A stretch of 63,777 nt of DNA, filler included, from Saprolegnia diclina VS20 (Eukaryota), in assembly GCF_000281045.1 (NCBI RefSeq). It is 5 parts of 2 records of this genome, joined end to end, with 100 filler letters (N's around TTAATTAATTAA, not from the genome) between each part and the next. Parts side by side here need not be neighbours in the genome. Positions count along the whole stretch, not along the records: positions 39,731 to 61,036 come from NW_008246106.1; positions 61,137 to 62,182 come from NW_008246106.1; positions 62,283 to 63,777 come from NW_008246107.1; 2 more parts are not named here. One strand, given 5' to 3'. Position numbers and translations under genes: made by a program. How positions within the stretch are numbered: position 1 is the stretch's first letter; each line of letters opens with the position of its first letter. This document shows, piece after piece, positions 58,257 through 63,777 of the stretch. Below the pieces are notes generated by a model. It was not told where the DNA came from and did not search any database. It saw nothing but the letters and a program-made list of their open reading frames with translations.

Positions 58257-60374
58257 TCATCCGCGCAATTGCTGCAAAAAGGACGTTTCCCGCTGGACGT
58301 GCGCCACGAGATCGAAGCGATTCGTCAGCGACTTGGCGCTCACATTGCCCACACGAGCGAGCGTGGCGCGGACAAAGCGTGTGCCCGACTGGCGGCAGTC
58401 GTCGAGAAAGGCGACCTCGATCTTCTGGCGCGGGTTCCGCTCCAAGAGAGAGAGCAAGCGCGAGACCGAGACTGCCACCACCGTCTCGGTACCGCTCCCG
58501 TCGTCACAGTGCCACGTACAAGGGACGCGCGGCGAGGCATTGAGAGCCGCGTTGTGCACGAGTGCTGTCGCCATGGCCCCGAGAAGAAGCGAGCACGAAT
58601 GCATCCCTCCAAAGATGTCGGCCACGGGTGACGTCGTGGGCCACACAAACGACTCGATGATACTAAAGACGTCTGTCGGCAGCATGAGAAGGTGGTTGGC
58701 TGGCAAGCGCGCGTTGATCCATCGGGCCATGTCTGCTTGGTCGTAGCAGTAGTGCTCGATGTGCAAAGCGTCCGTGAGTAGACGTTGCAACACATCATCT
58801 TGCATCGTCGCCCCGACGCGCGGGTTGAGAAGCGCCGTGTGCAGCGTCACCCACAGCTGCCGGATGCACTCGTAGACAAAGTCTTGTTCGAGCGGCGCGC
58901 ACACGGGGGCATCCGTGACGCCTGCGAGCGACGCGACAAGCGACGCCGCATGGTCGACACACCACCGAGCCACGAGGTCGTTCATGGCTTTGGCCAGCGG
59001 CGTCCACCCGTACTTGGCGAGCTGCTGTTGGATCCATGGTGCGAGCAGCGACCACGGACACGTCGCATCGACAAGTGCTTCGGCCGACAGATAGCGGCAG
59101 ATGCCATCGACATTGTCCTCGTCGCAGAGCCATTGAAGCAGCGCCTCGTGGCTGGCGGCTGTGCTGTCTGTCCGCAGGTACTCGGTGCCAAAGGCGTTGG
59201 TGATAGCGACCGCATACGGGTGGGCGGCCGCAGGCGCGAAGGACCGCATCGCCGATGCAAACGCAGCGACGCCCAAGGCTTGAAAGAGGTGGCGCTTGGG
59301 CCAAAACACCAGCACGACGCTGTATTCGTACCGGGCCCCCTCGCCGGTCGCGACGAGTTCATCAAGCTTCACATCCCTCATGTCGACCAACGCCGCTCCG
59401 GGCGACGCTGGATGTGGATCGAAATGTTGGATGCCGAAATGTTGCGAGTAGGCGGCAAGCCCGACGTCGTACGCGGCGGAGCGGAGAAGGCCATGGAGAA
59501 ACGCCTTGTGGAGCGGAGGAAGCGCGCTCCATTCGGGTGTTGTACAGTTGCGACAGAGGTCCATTTGGATACCGCGGACGACGCCGATCGTACTTGACGC
59601 GGAGAGCTTGCTGAGGAGCGCATCGACGCGACGGATGGCTCCCGTGTCATCGTAGCTGAGCGCCGACGACCCGGTGACGTGAAACACAAGAGCCACCCGC
59701 GGCGAAGCGCCGTGACTCTTGGCAGCGACGAGCGACGCTCCCACGGGTAGGAAGGCGTACTGCACGGGGTCCTCGCTCGCCTCGCTCCACGCGTGTGTCG
59801 CGCCGTTTCGCTCCAACTTCAAGTGGAGCTCGTGCGGGTCCTCGGGCGCCAGGAGCACGACCAGCGTCGCGATCGTGTCGCGAGGGCGCGTGGCCAGCGC
59901 CAAGCTTGGCGCCCCGCGTCGAGGGTCGATGACGAGATGCGCAAGCACGAGTTGGTTGCTGGGGCGGATGCACTTGGCGTCCGTAGACAGATGAGCGTGT
60001 AACTCGGTGTCCCAGCCGTCGTGAAACCGAATGTCGGCTCCGGGGACGATCGTTACCTGGCGAGGCTTCTTCGGACCCCAAGCGCGAAAGAAATCGGCGT
60101 GCGCTTGCGACGCGTTGGCGGGTTGGACTGGAGGTCGCGCCGTTGCGTTCGGATAGCGCGTGGCCATCTTCTGCATCTTCTGGTCGCTGAGCGGCAGCGA
60201 GAGCACGAGGTCGTCGCCGCGTGGCTCCACGGAAGACACGACGATCTTCGGCAGACGGAGAGTGGGCACGTAGCCGGTCTCGAGAAGCGGCGGTCCACGC
60301 TGAAAGAGATCACCAAGGGCGGTCCATGCCACCTTGGCGGAACCGACGAGGGCGCAATCTGGATACTGAGGCAT
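58257..60374 (-). CDS. 2OG-Fe(II) oxygenase-like uncharacterised protein (paralog 3)
   Basis: Intronless ORF of about 705 aa with LAHLVID, IATLVVLL, PRVALVFHV, YDVGLAAYS, FWPKRHL, KYGWTPL and AASLVASLAGVTDAPVCAPL. Confidence 0.72.
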   Translation of the reverse strand: MPQYPDCALVGSAKVAWTALGDLFQRGPPLLETGYVPTLRLPKIVVSSVEPRGDDLVLSLPLSDQKMQKMATRYPNATARPPVQPANASQAHADFFRAWGPKKPRQVTIVPGADIRFHDGWDTELHAHLSTDAKCIRPSNQLVLAHLVIDPRRGAPSLALATRPRDTIATLVVLLAPEDPHELHLKLERNGATHAWSEASEDPVQYAFLPVGASLVAAKSHGASPRVALVFHVTGSSALSYDDTGAIRRVDALLSKLSASSTIGVVRGIQMDLCRNCTTPEWSALPPLHKAFLHGLLRSAAYDVGLAAYSQHFGIQHFDPHPASPGAALVDMRDVKLDELVATGEGARYEYSVVLVFWPKRHLFQALGVAAFASAMRSFAPAAAHPYAVAITNAFGTEYLRTDSTAASHEALLQWLCDEDNVDGICRYLSAEALVDATCPWSLLAPWIQQQLAKYGWTPLAKAMNDLVARWCVDHAASLVASLAGVTDAPVCAPLEQDFVYECIRQLWVTLHTALLNPRVGATMQDDVLQRLLTDALHIEHYCYDQADMARWINARLPANHLLMLPTDVFSIIESFVWPTTSPVADIFGGMHSCSLLLGAMATALVHNAALNASPRVPCTWHCDDGSGTETVVAVSVSRLLSLLERNPRQKIEVAFLDDCRQSGTRFVRATLARVGNVSAKSLTNRFDLVAHVQRETSFLQQLRG

Positions 60375-61036
60375 GACAAGGGGAATTTGAAAATGAGAAG
60401 AAGCCGACAGCCTGCTAAAGCCAGCGCGAAATGCCGCCAGGCGCTGCCATTGGCCAAGACACAAACGAGTTCGTTGCAGCGTTCACGCGTTTGAAATAAA
60501 ATAGTCTCATTTCCATGCGTCTTGAGTCGGAGTGCTTGGGCAAGGAGCCTATCGTGGACGAAGGAGCGCGAAATGGTGCAAACCGAGTTTGTGGGCGAAC
60601 GTGACATGACCTATCTGCCTCGTGAGCGTGATGGTGGCGTAAAAGACCCCGAGTGGGTCGCATGCAGCGAGCGGGGGGCGGTAGCTGCCGCTCGAGAATA
60701 TAAAATAACTGCATGGTATTTTTTTGATCGAGCTTGGATTGAAATTTCTGTCCACCTACCTTGTCTTGTGTATGCGCATAGTAGAAACAAGTGGGAGCCG
60801 ACGGAAGAGCGTTACGCGGCGGGCTGCCGCAAGTTCTTCGTCCATGTCGTCGTCTTGGTGCTTATGTCCCTCCTTGCCCACGCCCATCGTATCCAAAAGC
60901 ATCAGCGATTGCGTGCAGTGTAATGGTGCGTGCAGCGACGGTATGTCTCTTTGGATCCGTCGTTGGACGTGTTCTATCAATGGTTACCGGTACTGTATCT
61001 ATCACCGGACGGCACCAAATCGTCGCACCCTGAGCA

Positions 61037-61136
61037 NNNNNNNNNNNNNNNNNNNNNNNNNNNNNNNNNNNNNNNNNNNNTTAATTAATTAANNNNNNNN
61101 NNNNNNNNNNNNNNNNNNNNNNNNNNNNNNNNNNNN
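61037..61136. other. Artificial contig spacer
   Basis: N44-TTAATTAATTAA-N44. Confidence 0.98.
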
Positions 61137-61185
61137 CCTTGTCTTCCTTGAGCTTCTCGTCCTTGTGCGACCGCCGGGGTAGCTC

Positions 61186-62182
61186 CTACCGGCGGTCTCG
61201 CCCAAAAACCGGCGCATCCGGGTTGCCGGTGACGGGAAACTGCGCAGGCGACGGGTGCAGGTGTGTTGTCTGGGCGACTGGCGCGCGGAAGGCCCAGCTG
61301 CCCTCGCCGGCGCTCTGGTCGTTCGTGCTCGCGGACGTCGTCGTCGTGTCGGGCCCAGCGGCGTTTCTCAGGGCGTCTTGTCGTGGTCTTCCGGATCGCA
61401 GTAGCTCGTCGACGGCCATGGCGCTCTTCTTAAAGGGTTCCCACGCAGCCGTGATCGGTCCGTCCATGCTGGCGGCGACCATGCGAATGTCTGGATCCGT
61501 AAGTCCATCGCGTGCCTTCTCGATCATGAACTCTTCGTCTTCGCTGCGGCCTGCCACCCGGGCGACGTCGGCGACCCGTTGCAGATACTCGTCGACGCGC
61601 TCGTACCCATCGAGGGCGCTGCCACCTTGCTCGACGTTTTCAAACAGGCGGCCCCGCGCGGACCGCCCGCCGATGAAGCGCTTGTAGAAGAGCGCCTCGA
61701 GCGCGTCGAGGTCGTCGTTCGTAAGACGCGTGCGGCTCCAGTTGTTCTCGTCGATAGCCCATTGTAGCCATTGCTGCTCCTTGTCCTTGAGCGACGCGGC
61801 AAGGACGCGTAGGCATGTCGTGGCCGTCCCGTCGTACATCATGGCGCGGGCCCTGACGGCTCGCATGTGCGCAATGGGGTGCACCGGCCCTCCTTCACTG
61901 AAGAACGGAACGGGGTCAAGTCGTATCGAGGCGAGCCGGCAGCGGTCATCGTCCCGGCGCTCGGACGCCAACGACATTGCTTGCGCCTCGACGATCCTCA
62001 TCAGGCGCGCGTTCTGGTCCGTGAGAGTCCTGCGGACCTGGTCGGCGCTCGCCGCTTGCTCTTCCACGTGTCGGCACAGCTTCGCGGCTGGCCCGAGGTA
62101 CCGCCATCGGTCACAGGCTGGGAACTCGGCGCGCGTCGACGGGGACGGCACATATGCCTCGGGGTCTCTTGGGGACGGCGCG
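61186..62182 (-). mobile_element. Probable Ty3/gypsy-type retrotransposon gag fragment filling a 1-kb contig
   Basis: QW....LEALFYKRF....LFENVEQ....VDEYLQRVADVA....ARDGLTDPDIR resembles the retrotransposon gag capsid pattern. Flanked by gaps on both sides, as repeats often are. Confidence 0.55.
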
Positions 62183-62282
62183 NNNNNNNNNNNNNNNNNN
62201 NNNNNNNNNNNNNNNNNNNNNNNNNNTTAATTAATTAANNNNNNNNNNNNNNNNNNNNNNNNNNNNNNNNNNNNNNNNNNNN
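62183..62282. other. Artificial contig spacer
   Basis: N44-TTAATTAATTAA-N44. Confidence 0.98.
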
Positions 62283-62438
62283 TGCAAGTACTGCGCCGAC
62301 GAAGGCCGCTTTAACGTGCCGACCGACTGGATCTTTCCGCTGCAACGGTGCCCCATCGACGGCATTGACGTATTTTGTCCCGCACGCTCGGACAAGTACC
62401 TTACGCTAATGTACGGCGACAGGTACATGGTCGAGTAG
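62283..62438 (+). CDS. 3' end of a LicD/fukutin-family phosphotransferase
   Basis: DWIFPLQRCPIDGIDVFCPARSDKYLTLMYGDRYM* matches the LicD C-terminal IFPL..C...G....P.....L...YG..Y pattern. Absent from the ORF track. Confidence 0.75.
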   Translation, partial: CKYCADEGRFNVPTDWIFPLQRCPIDGIDVFCPARSDKYLTLMYGDRYMVE

Positions 62439-63673
62439 CAAAATAGCAGTATGAATTATGGTTTATACAGATAATTTCTACATTCTTTTCTCTTGAGACG
62501 AGGTTGTTGGTGACGACATCTCTTCTCAATAACCCGATGCAAATAATTTGTCTCCTTGCAGTGCTTGACACGCCTGTATTCCTGGCCGGCCACCGAGCGT
62601 AGTACATATGTATCGCTACCAACTACCGCCGCATACCTTCGCCGCATAACTTTGCGCAAGCAAGTGGCGTCACATTGTGATCGACACACTAACTCTACGA
62701 GTTATGACAAGATAACGACCGCGTGAAAATGTTATAAACGACCTCATTATCTATCGCATCAAGTTGAATGGGCTCGGGGTGTGTTTTGATTAGCGATCAG
62801 TCGCAAGAGTGACGGTGGATACACCATCATTCTGTCGAGAACAGCCATTACGTAAAGTGACTCGTAAGCTTAGCCAACTAAGTAACCGATGTGCGCCCAA
62901 ACTTTCCGAAAGATGAATGTGATGGCCACGACGCTGCATACCTCCGCCGCTCTTTCGTGCCACAGACACCACAATTGCGCCTATGAACAGCAAAGGCCAA
63001 CGTGTTTGACGAGTCGCGCATTGGTGGTATTGGTTTCGGAATGGCAGCCGCGTGCACCTCTTTGCACGTGTCTCGTGCTGCTTGCGTTCAATCGTTATCA
63101 GTTCTGGGAGCATTTGCCAAAAAGGATGCCCAAAGAGTTTGTTTAGCTCTTCCTGTGTTGCTTCTTGTTATATAACGTTATATATGAACGTGTTTCGTGT
63201 TATCTTCGTTGTTACAAAGACTTCGCATACGTAGAGACTAGCAATCTCCTTCTTCTTCATTCGTTCGCCGGGCTGTGGCTGCGAAGGCGGCGGTGCGGGG
63301 GCTCGTCTGGCGTTGTAGTCGCCCTACGATGCTCCTTGTCACGGTATGAATGCACTGGAACTGTTTTATCGATCCCATTCCATCACTGGATACCAGCGTG
63401 GCAAGCAGCAGAACGGCCCGCAAGTTATGGCGGCCAGCACGGCGGCTCTCAATGCTGGCAGCAACCACGAGACGCATATGCATTGAATAGTCATCTTATC
63501 CCAGCATCCCATCTTCTAGGTCGCTCAATGTCGCGTCGGCGGGTTCACGATGCCACCATCATCGTTGAGCACTACTGTTGGTCTTGAAAGGTGATTACGG
63601 CAACCAAAGATACTGCGACGGTCGCCACTTGTTCCCAGATTTTCACTTTTGTTTTTGCTAGCAACCCGCTACG

Positions 63674-63777
63674 ATGGTGCTCATCTCTGCCACCGAGGTC
63701 ATCGAGACGGCCATATACCTCGGGCTCTCATCGCTCTTGGCCTTTGCCGGCTACAAGTACCTTTTGATCTCGGGTCG
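63674..63777 (+). CDS. 5' end of a protein with an N-terminal signal anchor (runs off the window)
   Basis: MVLISATEVIETAIYLGLSSLLAFAGYKYLLISG; pyrimidine-rich Inr-like TCACTTT about 30 nt upstream. Confidence 0.5.
   Translation, partial: MVLISATEVIETAIYLGLSSLLAFAGYKYLLISG

Noticed and set aside
60522..60923. 133-aa ORF divergent from paralog 3, tested as another SF3A2-like partner
   Set aside because: No similarity to SF3A2 and no recognisable motif. The region upstream of paralog 2 (57700-57920) also lacks it, so the pairing is limited to 47648-51250.

Overview
Gene-dense eukaryotic DNA with GC-rich coding sequence and very short (mostly about 40-55 nt) GT-AG introns. Gene content (elicitin-like proteins, CxxxGC...CxxHGGG repeat proteins, myosin-FYVE, tandem-GAF protein, large duplicated-domain membrane protein) points to an oomycete, probably Saprolegniales (inference). 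The window is five contigs joined by artificial 100-nt spacers (N44-TTAATTAATTAA-N44), so adjacency across them is unproven. Recognisable genes: myosin-IQ-FYVE, a PNUTS/PPP1R10-like PP1 regulator, two inverted HGGG zinc-repeat paralogs, RPN12, an RCC1-repeat protein, a folate-receptor-like protein, a polyproline-3xC2-EF-hand protein, a 2xGAF protein, MDM35/TRIAP1, an ankyrin-TRP-like channel, two elicitin-like genes, a small GNAT, an MRS2/CorA transporter, a divergent SF3A2 paralog, DIS3/RRP44, three paralogous 2OG-Fe(II)-oxygenase-like genes, and Harbinger and gag remnants. Most notable: (1) a head-to-head SF3A2-like / 2OG-oxygenase-like gene pair that appears tandemly duplicated as a unit, inside a cluster of apparent pseudo-enzymes; (2) a DIS3 with a degenerate PIN endonuclease site but an intact RNB site; (3) 183 bp of perfect identity between inverted, otherwise diverged paralogs; (4) elicitin-like proteins that lost both partners of one disulfide. 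All assignments come from motif recognition by eye; no searches were run.
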